The notes under the pieces: generated by a model
Seen by the model: only the letters and a program-made list of their open reading frames with translations
What the model was told of the DNA's origin: nothing
Database searches by the model: none
Program-made: the position numbers and the translations under genes
Sequence record: DRR723986_3396
Strand: one strand, 5' to 3'
Length of the DNA stretch: 43,332 nucleotides
Shown here: positions 1-10,800 of the stretch, piece by piece
Position numbering within the stretch: the first letter of the stretch is position 1
Layout of the letters: each line of letters begins with the position of its first letter

Positions 1-340
1 TGATTATGCCGCGTGCTGGCGGTGATGCAATAAGCGGCCAAAGGGCCTGGCCTGCTGGGTGGCTTTGCTATTTTGTTCTGCGCCATGGTCATTGGCCGGA
101 TCGTCCAGGGCGCCTTTGGTCGTAAATCGTGATGCACACCTCCCTGCGCATTTGCCTCGTGTACTATCGTAGTCGAGGTTTGATTGCACAGGCCGAAGAT
201 CATGCACGCACCGTGTCCAGACCCGACCGGCAAACGTCACTGCATCAATGGCATCAGCTTGAATTCCACCCGGGATGAAGCCAATCGAGGCCCGACGCCT
301 GAATTTGGCCATCCACAAAACACGTGCCTTAGGACGTGAT

Positions 341-385
341 AACAAGAACCCCGCCAGAGTAATGCGAGGGCATACTCTGGCGGGG
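341..385 (-). terminator. Rho-independent terminator downstream of the large repeat protein gene
   Basis: 13-bp stem CCCCGCCAGAGTA (349-361) / TACTCTGGCGGGG (373-385), followed on the minus strand by TTCTTGTT; about 50 bp past the stop at 432. Confidence 0.7.
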
Positions 386-431
386 GTGAGGTCAGACGCA
401 TAAGGCGCTTTTTCCGCCTGACCTGCACGCG

Positions 432-3086
432 TCAACCCAGGCTAAAATCCAACGCAACCAACTGTTGGATAAGCGCCCCATTTGGATCGGTAATCTCGTT
501 CCAATCTTCGGCTGTCAAAGAGGTCAAAGACAGATCTTCGGCCTGCACCCCTTTGAGGGTTGTTATGTTTCCACCGTTTCCAAGCACCTCAATCAGCAAA
601 TCTCCACCTGCTTCGGTGATCAAAACGTTTTCTGCGGCGAGTGAATTGAAATCAATGACATCTTCCTCAGGATCGAACCCAAGAATGGTTGCCTTGGCAC
701 CCCAATCCCAGTTCACTTCAGCACGATCCTGCGTACCATCCACAAACTGGATTTCGTCGCCTGATCCGGGTTCCCCGCCCCCGTTCCCGGGATCGGTTCC
801 GCCATCCGGGTCCCCCGGACCTGCGCCATCTCCCATGTCACCCGTTCGGGTTTGATGCCCATCCGTAGTGTCCCCATCCGGCGCGGCTGGTGTCAAAAGA
901 ACCGTGCGGTCCACAAGTGTCAAATCGTTCTGATCAAATCCAAAAGGCACCTCTAGGTTGTCTTCCATCACCTGATCATGGTGAAACTCAACCCGACCTG
1001 GAACCAATTCAGCAAGCGTTACGCCTGTCAGTGTCACACTTTGACCTGTAGGCAGCGATGAGATGACCAACCCCGCATCCGTATCTTCGACACTCAGCCG
1101 TTCGCGCGTGCCGAAATAGAGAAAGCTGATTTTCTGGGTCGAGGGGTCGAAATCATTCACCACCTCGTGCACACCATATTCATGGCTGCGGATATAAACC
1201 GTGTCCGCATCGCGGGGCCCGACACCCTGTTCCCAGCTCACCACGCCACCCATATCTTGACGCAGGTGTTCGTTGCCAACCACACCAAAGCTGTTGATGG
1301 TGACCGCATCAAATCCGACACCAGTTACGATCTGCAACTGGGCCGACCATGGGCTGTCGATTGCAATTTCCCCTGCAGGCGTTTTGGTCACAATCATACC
1401 GTGGACCGAAGTGCCGCCGAAATCGAGCTGGTCCTGCGCGGGGTCAAATCCGGTAATGTCATCGGCATTCACATCCGCGCGGTATTTCACACCGCCTTCT
1501 GCAGTCTCGCCCGTGGTTGTTGGAGGGTTTGATCCATCATTGTCATACACAACATCGTATCCACGCCCGTCGCCCGGATCAGTGATCGACGCCCCAATCG
1601 CCGAGGCGACTTCATTCAATGCCGACTGCTCCGCGATTGAGAAATTGGACAGCGTCAGATCTGACAGGCCTACGCCTTTCAGAATCGTGGTGGACAAAAT
1701 CGCCCCCGCAGCATCAGTCACGACAATACGGGTGGTAAGCCCCAGCGCGTCGCCGCTTTCCTCGAAAATCTGAAGCCGGTCCGCCGTGATACCGCCTTCG
1801 ATGTGAACCATGTCTTTGGTTTTGTCGAACCCATCGACGGTCTGATCGCCTGAGGTCAAGGTGATCGTGGTCATGGTCCCACCCATCCCCCCGTGACCAT
1901 CTCCACCGCCGTGACCGCCGCCATCTCCGCCACCGCTGCCATCACCGTCTCCGCCATCAGGTTCGGTGGTATTGGTCAGGCTGGCCAACTCTGCTCGCAA
2001 ACCCGCATCCAGCGCATTGATGTTACCCGATACCAGATCTGCGAACGTCACCCCCTGCAACGTCAATGTTTGATTGTTCGATGCCACACTCAGAACCAAC
2101 CCCTGAGCTGTCTCTTCAATGTTCAACTGATCGGTGCTGAACCAATCAATGAATAATGTGTCCTGTGCCGGATCAAAATCGCTTACCACCTGGGCCGCCC
2201 CCCAGGACCAAGTCAACACAACATCAGCGTTCTCCTTGGTGATCGTCCCATTTGAAAACCCATCACCCGCGTCGGGATCGGGGGTCGGTGTTGGATCCGG
2301 ATCAACCGGGTCGGGCACGCTGCCATCGCCTCCGCCAGAACCACCCCCATCAGGTGTACCCAATCCCTCATCCCCTGTTCTCCGGCTGTCAAAAAACTCG
2401 ATGGCCGCATCGACCGTCGGCCCATCGTAACCGCCAAACTGATCAACGTAGCGCAGGATCGACGTACCATATTCATCGTTTGAAACAGCGCCGTTCAGCA
2501 ACAAGTTCAAGGTGCCGTAGGCCCCGCGCAAGTGCGCCGCCGCCAAGATCCCGGTCAGGGTCAGCTCGACCGTAACCTGCGTGCCATTGTCATTGTAAGT
2601 GGTGGTCGTTCCTAGAAAATCGTCCAGGGTTTTACCCTGCTGCGCCAATCCGTTCTGAATGATCTTTAGATTGTGCCCAAAGGCTTCCTGAATGGCGACT
2701 TCCTGTGCAGCTTTGGTTTTGAACTCGTCCAGCGAATTCACCCCGTTCTTACCGGTCCAGGTGCCATCCCATGTGTTGGTGGATTCCCCGTTACCGTAAA
2801 ATTGATCGTCATCGTAATACCCAAGATCAATCAACAAAGCTTCGCCGAATTGGTACCCCACAAACCCAAGCGAATTCGTTGATTGATAGGACATCGCGTC
2901 CCATTCCTGATCCGTCAAATCCCCCCAACTGGTATAATTGGGAAAGAACTCAGTGACTGCCCCCCCTGCCCACTGGGTCAGCTGAGCATCAGAAATATTC
3001 CCACTTTCATAGCGGTCCCGGTCCCAACCAGATTCAAACGCCCGGAGCGCATCGCGAAATTCTACGTAGCTGCCTTTTGATGTCAT
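432..3086 (-). CDS. Large acidic, probably exported protein: N-terminal lysozyme-like domain plus five FDP-type repeats and Gly/Asp/Pro linkers (884 aa)
   Basis: ATG at 3086 follows AGGAAAC RBS. N-terminal motifs AFESG, GYQFGEA, WTGKNG, GILAAAHL and GTSI..Y...FGGYD. Five FD(P/K)..(D/Q)...GV modules. No signal peptide. Confidence 0.7.
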   Translation of the reverse strand: MTSKGSYVEFRDALRAFESGWDRDRYESGNISDAQLTQWAGGAVTEFFPNYTSWGDLTDQEWDAMSYQSTNSLGFVGYQFGEALLIDLGYYDDDQFYGNGESTNTWDGTWTGKNGVNSLDEFKTKAAQEVAIQEAFGHNLKIIQNGLAQQGKTLDDFLGTTTTYNDNGTQVTVELTLTGILAAAHLRGAYGTLNLLLNGAVSNDEYGTSILRYVDQFGGYDGPTVDAAIEFFDSRRTGDEGLGTPDGGGSGGGDGSVPDPVDPDPTPTPDPDAGDGFSNGTITKENADVVLTWSWGAAQVVSDFDPAQDTLFIDWFSTDQLNIEETAQGLVLSVASNNQTLTLQGVTFADLVSGNINALDAGLRAELASLTNTTEPDGGDGDGSGGGDGGGHGGGDGHGGMGGTMTTITLTSGDQTVDGFDKTKDMVHIEGGITADRLQIFEESGDALGLTTRIVVTDAAGAILSTTILKGVGLSDLTLSNFSIAEQSALNEVASAIGASITDPGDGRGYDVVYDNDGSNPPTTTGETAEGGVKYRADVNADDITGFDPAQDQLDFGGTSVHGMIVTKTPAGEIAIDSPWSAQLQIVTGVGFDAVTINSFGVVGNEHLRQDMGGVVSWEQGVGPRDADTVYIRSHEYGVHEVVNDFDPSTQKISFLYFGTRERLSVEDTDAGLVISSLPTGQSVTLTGVTLAELVPGRVEFHHDQVMEDNLEVPFGFDQNDLTLVDRTVLLTPAAPDGDTTDGHQTRTGDMGDGAGPGDPDGGTDPGNGGGEPGSGDEIQFVDGTQDRAEVNWDWGAKATILGFDPEEDVIDFNSLAAENVLITEAGGDLLIEVLGNGGNITTLKGVQAEDLSLTSLTAEDWNEITDPNGALIQQLVALDFSLG

Positions 3087-3257
3087 AATGGTTTCCTGTT
3101 GATCGTGAGTGGGCATGACGAAAAAGCGCCATGCAGGATCTTCAGGTAACACAAGGAACGAACCCTTGTCTTTGGCGCAAGAGCCAAGATTTGGTCAATT
3201 CACGCCACTTTAAAAGTGTGCGAAAATACGCCTATACATTCTAGGGTTGTCAGCGAA

Positions 3258-4295
3258 CTACAGCGCATTTCTATACTTGAAGGGCGTATCCCCGGCCCAC
3301 CTGCGAAAGGCCGTGCCAAAACTGCTTTGATCCGCAAATCCCAGCAGGAACCCGATTTCTGCCAACGGCAGATTGGGATCGGCAAGATAGTGACGCGCCA
3401 GATCGTACCGCAGATCCTCGATCACTTGGCGGAAACTCAACCCCTCGGCAGACAGCCGACGCGACAGGGTCCGCGTACTAAGCCCAAGTAACTGCGCCAC
3501 CGAGATCAGGGTCGGAACACCATGCGACAGACGCGGCAGCACCACGGTGTCAATCGCATCCCGGATCGAGCCCCCATCAACGCGCCGACGTTTGAGCAAA
3601 ATATCTCCATACGCCTGCAAATGCTGCAACAAACGGTTGTCCGCATTGTTCACTGGATGGTGCAACAAATCAGGGCACAATTGAATTTCCAACCGACGCG
3701 CACCCAAACTGACCGGGCACCCCAAGATCTGCGCGATCCCTTCAGCGTCGCTGTCTTGTCCATGGGCCAACCTCAGATGCAAGGCCGGGTTTTGACCAAT
3801 CGTCGTCTGCATCATCTTGATGACGGCCGCCGCCGCGAATTCAGTATGCTGACGATGCTGCTGAATTTTGGGGTCGGTGTTCGCCAAGACGATGGTCGCC
3901 AATCCCGGTGCTTTCTCGATCGACAGTCGCGCCTTTGTGCGCGTGATAGGCAAATAGCGCGCCAGCAGTTCCAATTGATCGCTCAGGGTATCCGCAGCCA
4001 TAGAAATATAGGTCAGGATCGACCCACGACGCGGGTCATGCAACGCCCCTGCTTCGGCCCCAAACAGCGGATGATCCAACCGATCCGCCAATCGATCCAA
4101 TAACGCCGCCTCGTGGTTCTGCGTTACGGCTAATTCATGGGTTGGACTGGTATCAGCAGGCAATCCAAGACCCGCCAAAACGGCAACCCGATCTTGCGCT
4201 TCCACTCTGGGGTGAGCCAATATCGCACTGGTCCAAAAATCAGGCACCAAAGCAGGGTGATCAAGCGGTAACGGGTTGGTATCGAGCAATTTCAT
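3258..4295 (-). CDS. AraC-family transcriptional regulator
   Basis: C-terminal double HTH (VAQLLGLSTRTLSRRL ... LAEIGFLLGFADQSSFGTAFRRW); long N-terminal ligand domain. Confidence 0.92.
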   Translation of the reverse strand: MKLLDTNPLPLDHPALVPDFWTSAILAHPRVEAQDRVAVLAGLGLPADTSPTHELAVTQNHEAALLDRLADRLDHPLFGAEAGALHDPRRGSILTYISMAADTLSDQLELLARYLPITRTKARLSIEKAPGLATIVLANTDPKIQQHRQHTEFAAAAVIKMMQTTIGQNPALHLRLAHGQDSDAEGIAQILGCPVSLGARRLEIQLCPDLLHHPVNNADNRLLQHLQAYGDILLKRRRVDGGSIRDAIDTVVLPRLSHGVPTLISVAQLLGLSTRTLSRRLSAEGLSFRQVIEDLRYDLARHYLADPNLPLAEIGFLLGFADQSSFGTAFRRWAGDTPFKYRNAL

Positions 4296-4390
4296 GAAGA
4301 GGATCTGAACTGGAATAGACTACCCGACTGATCAAACAAACCTGCTGAAATGTCAATTCTGTGCCCGCTCAAAGCCTGCTCAGAGCGGGT

Positions 4391-4798
4391 TCATTCCTTG
4401 CGGCTAAAATCCGGCGTTTGACTGAGACCCTGTAAGATCGGGCAATCTGGCCGCTGATCGCCGGCACATTCCGAGATCAGATGCGACAGGGTGGAATGCA
4501 TCGCCTGCAGGTCACTGATCTTGGCTTCAATCTCTCTGAGGTTTTGTGCTGCGACCTGTTTTACATCCGCACTGGTGCGCGCGTCGTCGTCATACAGCGC
4601 CAACAGGGTCCGGCAATCTTCGATAGAAAACCCCAGCGACCTTGCGCGGCCAATAAACACCAGCTTGTGCAGGTCTTTGTCTTCAAAATCCCGATACCCA
4701 TTCGCCAACCGATGCGGTTTGATAAACCCGATATCCTCGTAATACCGGATAGTTTTGGGTGGAACGCCCGAGCGTTCCGCAACATCGCCTATGTTCAT
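4391..4798 (-). CDS. cueR: Cu(I)-responsive MerR-family regulator CueR
   Basis: Start MNIGDVAERSG after a purine-rich RBS; KTIRYYE and NGYR motifs; C-terminal CAGDQRPDCPIL metal loop; directly downstream of copA. Confidence 0.93.
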   Translation of the reverse strand: MNIGDVAERSGVPPKTIRYYEDIGFIKPHRLANGYRDFEDKDLHKLVFIGRARSLGFSIEDCRTLLALYDDDARTSADVKQVAAQNLREIEAKISDLQAMHSTLSHLISECAGDQRPDCPILQGLSQTPDFSRKE

Positions 4799-4811
4799 TG
4801 TCTCGCCCTTT

Positions 4812-7322
4812 CTATTCTGCCGGTACCGCGTGTGGGGTCTGTTGCGCAGGATCACCCCCCTGCCCCGGTGCCTGCATCGCCGGGCGCACCCACCGCAGGC
4901 GCAGCGCATTGCTCAGGACAAACACACTGGACAAGGCCATCGCGCCCGCCGCCAGAACCGGGGACAGCAACGGACCACCAAACGGATACAACACCCCCGC
5001 CGCAACTGGGATCAACAGGGTGTTATAGCCAAACGCCCAAAACAGGTTTTGCCGGATGTTGCGCATGGTCCGCTGACTGATATCAAAAGCATTCACCACC
5101 CCAACCAAATCCCCGGACATCAGCACCACATCTGCGGCTTCAATCGCCACATCTGTGCCCGTTCCAATCGCAATACCAACATCAGCCGCAGCCAGTGCTG
5201 GCGCATCATTGATACCGTCCCCGACAAAGGTCAGCTTGCCATCTCCGACCCGCAACCCCTCCAGCGCGGCCACCTTGCCTTCTGGCAAAACCTCGGCAAT
5301 CACGTGATCTATGCCCAGTTCACCGGCAATTGCCTGCGCCGTCCGCTGATTGTCACCAGTGATCATCGCCACCTTCAGACCCAGCGCGTGAAACGCAGCA
5401 ATGGCCGCAGGCGTGGTGGGTTTGATCGGATCGGCCACCGCAATGACCGCTGCAATCTGGCCATCAACAGCCGCATAGAGCGGCGTCTTTCCCTTGCGCG
5501 CCAACGCCTCACCCTGCACAGACAACGCGCTTAGATCAACGCCCTCACGTGTCATCAACCGATCCGCACCCACCAGCACAGCATGGCCATCAACCCGCGC
5601 GGACACGCCGTATCCGGTGATCGAGTCAAACCCTTCAACCTCAGGCAGCGCCAGCCCTTTGGCCAAAGCATCCGCCACAATCGCCTCTGCAATCGGGTGT
5701 TCAGATTTACCTTCAACCGCCGCCACAAGACGCAGTACATCCGCCACGTCCCGGCCCGGTGCAACAATCATATCCGTCAACGCAGGTTTCCCTGCGGTCA
5801 GCGTCCCCGTCTTGTCCAAAGCCACAACCGTGCTTTCCTGCAGCAATTGCAGCGCATCGCCCTTGCGGAACAGAACCCCCATTTCAGCGGCCCGCCCCGT
5901 TCCCACCATGATCGAGGTCGGGGTCGCCAGACCCATCGCACAGGGACAGGCGATAATCAGGACAGAAACACCAGCAACCAAGGCCAGACTCAGCGCCGGA
6001 TCAGGGCCAAACAGGAACCAGATCGCGACCGTCAGCGCCGCAACCCCCATCACAGCGGGCACAAACCACTGGGTGATCCGGTCAACCAGCCCCTGAATCG
6101 GCAGTTTGGTCGCCTGCGCTTGTTCCACCATCTGAATGATCTGGGCCAGCATCGTGTCACTGCCCACCTTTTCAGCGCGATAGGTCAATGCACCTGTGCC
6201 ATTTACCGTTGCGCCCACAACCCCGGCCCCATCGGATTTCTCAACCGGAACAGGCTCACCAGTGATCATGCTTTCATCGACATAAGATGACCCGGCTAAT
6301 ACCCGGCCATCCACTGCAATTTTCTCGCCCGGACGCACATGAATGACATCCCCGACCAGAATGTCCTCAATGGCGAGCTCCTGAATACCCCCCGCCCGTT
6401 CAACCCGCGCGGTTTTGGCCTGCAATCCCACAAGTTTGCGAATGGCCTCGCCCGTGCGCCCCTTTGCGCGCGCCTCCAGCAGACGCCCCAACAGGATCAG
6501 CACCACAATCACGGCCGCCGCCTCGTAATACACATTGGCGGTGCCTGCTGGCAGCACACCCGGCGCAAATGTCGCCACCAAAGAAAACCCGTAAGCCGCC
6601 GATGTGCCAAGCGCCACCAACGAGTTCATATCAGGCGCGCCCTTGAACAGCGCCGGAAACCCCTTCGTGTAAAACGGCAATCCCGGACCAATCAGAACCA
6701 AAGAGGTTAGCAGAAACTGCAAATAATAACTGCTCTGCAGGCCAATCGTGCCCATGATCAGGTGGTGCATGCCCGGAATAAGGTGCGAGCCCATTTCAAT
6801 GATGAAAACCGGCAAGGCCAAGACAGCAGCAAACAGAGTGCGCCGCGCTAATTCATCGATTTCATCCGCTTTGCGTTGATCCCTGTCACTTTCCTGCGCG
6901 GATGTGATCGCTGCCGGGTATCCCGCGTCAGTGGCCAACGCCGCGACCCCGGCGGGCGAGTTCGCGCCAGCGACATACCGTACGGTTGCGGTCTCTGTCG
7001 CCAGATTCACCGCCGCCGCCAACACCCCATCGCCTGCGTTCAACGCCCGTTCGACACGCCCCACACAGGATGCACAGGACATGTTCTGAACATCCAACGT
7101 GATCTCTTCGACCTCGGCAGGGTATCCAACATCATCAAGGAGCGTGACCAGATCAGCCACTGACACCGCGGATGTATGGGTGATTTGGGCGCTTTCATTG
7201 GCAAGATTCACCGCCGCCGATTCAAGGCCCGGCACCGCCAACAGCGCACGCTCAACACGCCCCACGCACGAGGCGCAATTCATGCCGGTAATTTGTAGCC
7301 GAACTGAGGCTGTCTCTGTCAT
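4812..7322 (-). CDS. copA: Copper-translocating P1B-type ATPase
   Basis: Two MxCASC heavy-metal domains, TGE, CPC, DKTGT, EHP, GDGIND, YN and MALSS motifs. Confidence 0.96.
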   Translation of the reverse strand: MTETASVRLQITGMNCASCVGRVERALLAVPGLESAAVNLANESAQITHTSAVSVADLVTLLDDVGYPAEVEEITLDVQNMSCASCVGRVERALNAGDGVLAAAVNLATETATVRYVAGANSPAGVAALATDAGYPAAITSAQESDRDQRKADEIDELARRTLFAAVLALPVFIIEMGSHLIPGMHHLIMGTIGLQSSYYLQFLLTSLVLIGPGLPFYTKGFPALFKGAPDMNSLVALGTSAAYGFSLVATFAPGVLPAGTANVYYEAAAVIVVLILLGRLLEARAKGRTGEAIRKLVGLQAKTARVERAGGIQELAIEDILVGDVIHVRPGEKIAVDGRVLAGSSYVDESMITGEPVPVEKSDGAGVVGATVNGTGALTYRAEKVGSDTMLAQIIQMVEQAQATKLPIQGLVDRITQWFVPAVMGVAALTVAIWFLFGPDPALSLALVAGVSVLIIACPCAMGLATPTSIMVGTGRAAEMGVLFRKGDALQLLQESTVVALDKTGTLTAGKPALTDMIVAPGRDVADVLRLVAAVEGKSEHPIAEAIVADALAKGLALPEVEGFDSITGYGVSARVDGHAVLVGADRLMTREGVDLSALSVQGEALARKGKTPLYAAVDGQIAAVIAVADPIKPTTPAAIAAFHALGLKVAMITGDNQRTAQAIAGELGIDHVIAEVLPEGKVAALEGLRVGDGKLTFVGDGINDAPALAAADVGIAIGTGTDVAIEAADVVLMSGDLVGVVNAFDISQRTMRNIRQNLFWAFGYNTLLIPVAAGVLYPFGGPLLSPVLAAGAMALSSVFVLSNALRLRWVRPAMQAPGQGGDPAQQTPHAVPAE

Positions 7323-7352
7323 GGTGTCACCTTGGTGTTGTCAGATGACACT

Positions 7353-7383
7353 TAAATAGTGCTTCCAGTAACTGGAAGGTCAA
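7353..7383 (-). promoter_or_regulatory. CueR-type promoter/operator of copA
   Basis: Minus strand TTGACC-N19-TATTTA with dyad CTTCCAGT-N-ACTGGAAG (7362-7378); the 19-bp spacer is typical of MerR-family promoters. Confidence 0.88.
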
Positions 7384-7447
7384 GGGCCATTAAAAGTTTT
7401 TCACCTACAATATTGGCCCTGTGCAAATCAGGGTCTGCCCAAGCTCT

Positions 7448-8269
7448 TCACCCGCACAACACGTCGACACAGACCTGATCAACCGGCGTCCCCCGATGCA
7501 CAAACACAATCGACCGGGGTGTCAGATCCTCAATTCTTTGAATGGTGATCCCCGGCATCCCCTCAAGACTGGCCCAAATCGGTAATACCGCCCGCCCCAC
7601 CCCACTGGCAACCAAACTGGCAACCGTTTCGGGCGAGTCCATCTCGCAGAGCACTTTGGGCGCTGTGATTTGCTGCTCGATCCAGCGCCAAGCAATCTCG
7701 CCCCCCCACGAGGTTCTGTCATACACCACCAGCGGCAAATCCTGTGTCGCTGGCTGTGTCGGGGTGATCCAGGCAAAAGGTTGTGTGTTCAGACTCTGAA
7801 TCGCGAGCGCCTTGGGAATCGGAAACTGGGGTTTCACCAAAATCGCCGCATCCAATTCCCCACGGGACACCCCATCATACAAATGCGTGGACGCCCCCGG
7901 CGTAATCATCAGCTCCACATTCGGGGCCAGATCTGGCAACTGCGCCACAAGGGAGGGGATGTAATCAGACAGCCCGGTGGAAATGACCCCCAACCGATAG
8001 GGGCCCGCCAATCCGTCCTCGGCCACATCACTCAGCAACCGACGCGTTTCAGACAAGATCGATTGCAGACGCGGCAGCATCCGTAAACAGGCCGCAGTTG
8101 GACGCACCGTTGCGCCCGACCGCACCACCAGACGGATTCCCAGCTCCTGCTCCAACACTTTCAACCGCTGACCAACTGCCGCCGCCGTTATGTTCTGACG
8201 CCGCGCCGCCTCTGCCAGAGATCCTCCTTCGACCACTGACAACACCGTTTCCAGATAGCGTATATCCAA
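7448..8269 (-). CDS. LysR-family transcriptional regulator
   Basis: N-terminal HTH GSLAEAARRQNITAAAVGQRLKVLE; TTG start; divergent from the VOC gene. Confidence 0.9.
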   Translation of the reverse strand: MDIRYLETVLSVVEGGSLAEAARRQNITAAAVGQRLKVLEQELGIRLVVRSGATVRPTAACLRMLPRLQSILSETRRLLSDVAEDGLAGPYRLGVISTGLSDYIPSLVAQLPDLAPNVELMITPGASTHLYDGVSRGELDAAILVKPQFPIPKALAIQSLNTQPFAWITPTQPATQDLPLVVYDRTSWGGEIAWRWIEQQITAPKVLCEMDSPETVASLVASGVGRAVLPIWASLEGMPGITIQRIEDLTPRSIVFVHRGTPVDQVCVDVLCG

Positions 8270-8361
8270 ACTATTTCTTTCGATTGATCACACATATACT
8301 TATTATTTATTTTTATTCAGCACCGCTACTGTTGTTTCGACACAGATAACGGAGAACACAC

Positions 8362-8775
8362 ATGCCAACGCCCTTCCACCTCGCCTTTAACGTTCAGGAT
8401 CTGGATGCAACCCGCCGTTTCTATGGGAATATCCTCGGCTGCGCCGAGGGTCGCGCGACCGACACTTGGATCGACTATGACTTTTTCGGACACCAACTCT
8501 CGCTGCACCTGGGCGAGCCGTTCAAAACGCAGGCAACCGGAAAGGTTGGCGCGCATCTGGTTCCCATGCCACACTTGGGCGTGGTTCTAGGGATGGCAGA
8601 TTGGACCGCATTGGCAGATCGCCTGCAAGATCACGATATCACCTTTGTCATCCCCCCTAGCCTACGGTTTCAGGGTGAGCCCGGCGAACAGGCAACGATG
8701 TTTTTCCGCGACCCCTCTGGCAACCCGATCGAGGTGAAGGGCTTCACCGATATGACACAGGTGTTCGCAGCATGA
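8362..8775 (+). CDS. VOC/glyoxalase-family protein
   Basis: FHLAF...FYG.ILGC, DFFGHQL, PHLG and DPSGNPIE motifs (His/His/Glu metal ligands); GGAG RBS. Confidence 0.88.
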   Translation: MPTPFHLAFNVQDLDATRRFYGNILGCAEGRATDTWIDYDFFGHQLSLHLGEPFKTQATGKVGAHLVPMPHLGVVLGMADWTALADRLQDHDITFVIPPSLRFQGEPGEQATMFFRDPSGNPIEVKGFTDMTQVFAA

Positions 8776-9701
8776 TCATTCCCTTCGTCAGTGATATCAG
8801 TCCTGCGTCACAACAGGCGTGGCTGGATCACCTGCGCGCCGCACTGCCCGACGCCCACATTCTGCCCGATCCAACACCGGCGCAACTTGAACGGGCGAGC
8901 CTCGCCATTGTCGCCAACCCCGATCCCGCCGATCTGCGGCGAATGCCAAACCTGAAATGGGTGCAAAGCCTTTGGGCAGGTGTCGAACATTTGGTTCCCG
9001 CACTGCCCCAAGACGTTACCATTGTGCGGATGACCGACCCGCAACTTGCCCAAACGATGGCCGAAGCCGTCCTGACCATGACGCTCTACCTGCATCGCGA
9101 TCTTTCCAGATATGTATCCCAACAGAGGGCGGCGATTTGGCACCAACACCCTGTTTCATGCCCCCAAGAGCGCAAAATTGGTGTGCTGGGTCTAGGCGCT
9201 TTGGGCAACGCAGCTTGCGCCGCACTCATACAGCACGGGTTTGATGTGATCGGTTGGAGCCGCACGCCAAAATCCATCCCTAATGTGCACTGCCTGTCCG
9301 GCGATCATGGCTTGGATCAGCTGCTTGAAACTGCTGATATCATCGTTTTATTGCTGCCCTTGACCAATGAAACACACGGCCTTTTGAACCGCACCCGCCT
9401 GTCACAGATGAAGCACGGTGCCTCCCTGATCAACTTTGCTCGACATCATATCGTCGACACCGATGCCCTATTAGACACCCTCAATTCAGGCCACCTTTGT
9501 CATGCCATCTTAGACGTATTCGAATCCGAGCCCCTGCCAAAGAACCACGCGCTCTGGGCGGTTCCCAACCTCACGATCCTGCCCCATGTTGCCGCCCCGA
9601 CAAACATGAAAACGGCCTCTCAACTCGTGACTAGCAACATCCAAACCTTTGTTGAGACAGGCCATATACCACAGGGCATCGACCGGACCCGAGGCTATTG
9701 A
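8772..9701 (+). CDS. D-2-hydroxyacid dehydrogenase, glyoxylate/hydroxypyruvate reductase A-like
   Basis: WAGVE, GVLGLGALG Rossmann motif, WSRT, INFAR, LDVFESEP, PHVAA; ATGA overlap with the VOC gene. Confidence 0.9.
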   Translation: MIIPFVSDISPASQQAWLDHLRAALPDAHILPDPTPAQLERASLAIVANPDPADLRRMPNLKWVQSLWAGVEHLVPALPQDVTIVRMTDPQLAQTMAEAVLTMTLYLHRDLSRYVSQQRAAIWHQHPVSCPQERKIGVLGLGALGNAACAALIQHGFDVIGWSRTPKSIPNVHCLSGDHGLDQLLETADIIVLLLPLTNETHGLLNRTRLSQMKHGASLINFARHHIVDTDALLDTLNSGHLCHAILDVFESEPLPKNHALWAVPNLTILPHVAAPTNMKTASQLVTSNIQTFVETGHIPQGIDRTRGY

Positions 9702-9767
9702 ACAATCAAACGCAACGCCTTTAACAGCTATTTCTTTCGCACCTCGCGCAATTCGTCTCTGGCTTCG

Positions 9768-10134
9768 ATGGCCAAGGCCGTCGCGCTTGACCAAGACGGC
9801 GCACATGTCGCGACCCCTGCCGATAATTATGCGTTTGGGCGCGATGGGGTGACCGCTTTGAAAAGCGCCTGTTTCAATTTCGCGTTCGAAGAAAACACAC
9901 CACAGATTTCATCGCACATGCCCATCGGGTTTACAGGGCGATGTAAGACCTTGAGGGGCGCAAATTCCTGTTTGTGTCCGAGCGAGCCGTGGCAATCCCA
10001 TTGGCATTGCCAAAGCAATGAACCCAGAGCGGTTCGGCATCGCAGCAGCCGAAGATCATCAGGCGATGCAGTCCATGCATCACTTCAAGATCCGGGTCGA
10101 GGATGATGTGGAGTGAGGCATACCCGAGCACGTC
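9768..10134 (+). pseudogene. Two fragments of a branched-chain-amino-acid-type ABC substrate-binding protein
   Basis: Segments VATPADNYAFGRDGV (~9805-9853) and EDHQAMQSMHHFKIRVEDDVE*GIPE (from 10051, TGA at 10114) resemble the middle and C-terminus of this SBP family from memory; the rest is deleted. Confidence 0.55.
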
Positions 10135-10169
10135 CTGCAGGAGGCGGACTTAAAGCTGCCACAGGCGGG

Positions 10170-10530
10170 TGTTCCGTGTTGCTGGGGCGCAATGGGGCCG
10201 GCAAGACAACAACCTCGCGCACGATCATGGGCCTGTGTGGCGAGGCCAAGAGTGAAATGACCTTTGCCAGAGAGCCGTTTATTGGGCTCGGCACGCCACG
10301 GATAGCACAACGCGGGATCACCTTTGTCCCCGAGGATATGGGCATCTTTGGCGACCTGAGCGTGCAGGAAAACATGATCCTTGCCGCCCGCAATGGCCCT
10401 TTTGACCCCAATCGGCTGGGTTGGCTTTTCCAACTGTTCCCGCGGCTCAAGACATTCTGGGATACTCCTGCGAACACATTGTCGGCCGGGCAAATGCTGG
10501 CCGTCGTCCGCGCGGTGATCGAACCCATGA
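10170..10530 (+). pseudogene. LivF-like ABC ATPase fragment
   Basis: Walker A GRNGAGKT (10185-10208), FVPEDMGIF, LFPRL, eroded signature LSAGQ; no Walker B and no proper start. Confidence 0.75.
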
Positions 10531-10554
10531 GCGGCACTTTGGTCGGCCTGAAAG

Positions 10555-10800
10555 AAACCGACACTCTGTTTGTGGGCCGTGAATTCCTTGAGGTCGCGCA
10601 ACAGCCGCCGCCCCTGCCCCACCTGCACACCATCATCGGGCTTGAGAGGTATCACCCTGATTGCACGCCCTTTGAGACATGGCGCGGCAGCCAATGCGGC
10701 GTTGACTCGATGCTGCCGACCCAAGGCAATGACGATATGCTGCAACGCTATACCTCTGGCACGACGGGATTCCCTTAGGCGTGCGCCTGACCAACGACAA
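10555..10800 (+). pseudogene. Acyl-CoA synthetase (AMP-binding) fragment
   Basis: YTSGTTGFP at 10749-10775, then TAG where K of PKG is expected, with a frameshifted VRLTN continuation. Confidence 0.7.

Noticed and set aside
4-435. 143-aa and 63-aa ORFs at the left edge
   Set aside because: No recognisable motifs and they span a terminator hairpin; a real gene might start near position 92 on the minus strand and run off the window, but this cannot be supported here
1885-1960. Gly/Asp-rich stretches in the large protein as RTX nonapeptides or a DNA tandem repeat
   Set aside because: They lack the GGxGxDxLx pattern and behave as low-complexity linkers
4481-7359. Long plus-strand ORFs antisense to copA, and similar shadow ORFs across the window
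   Set aside because: Expected by-products of GC-rich codon usage opposite well-supported genes; no motifs or RBS
10113-10778. 221-aa ORF as a novel ATPase-ligase fusion protein
   Set aside because: Both parts are partial (no Walker B; ligase stops at its P-loop) and there is no good start; best explained as deletion debris
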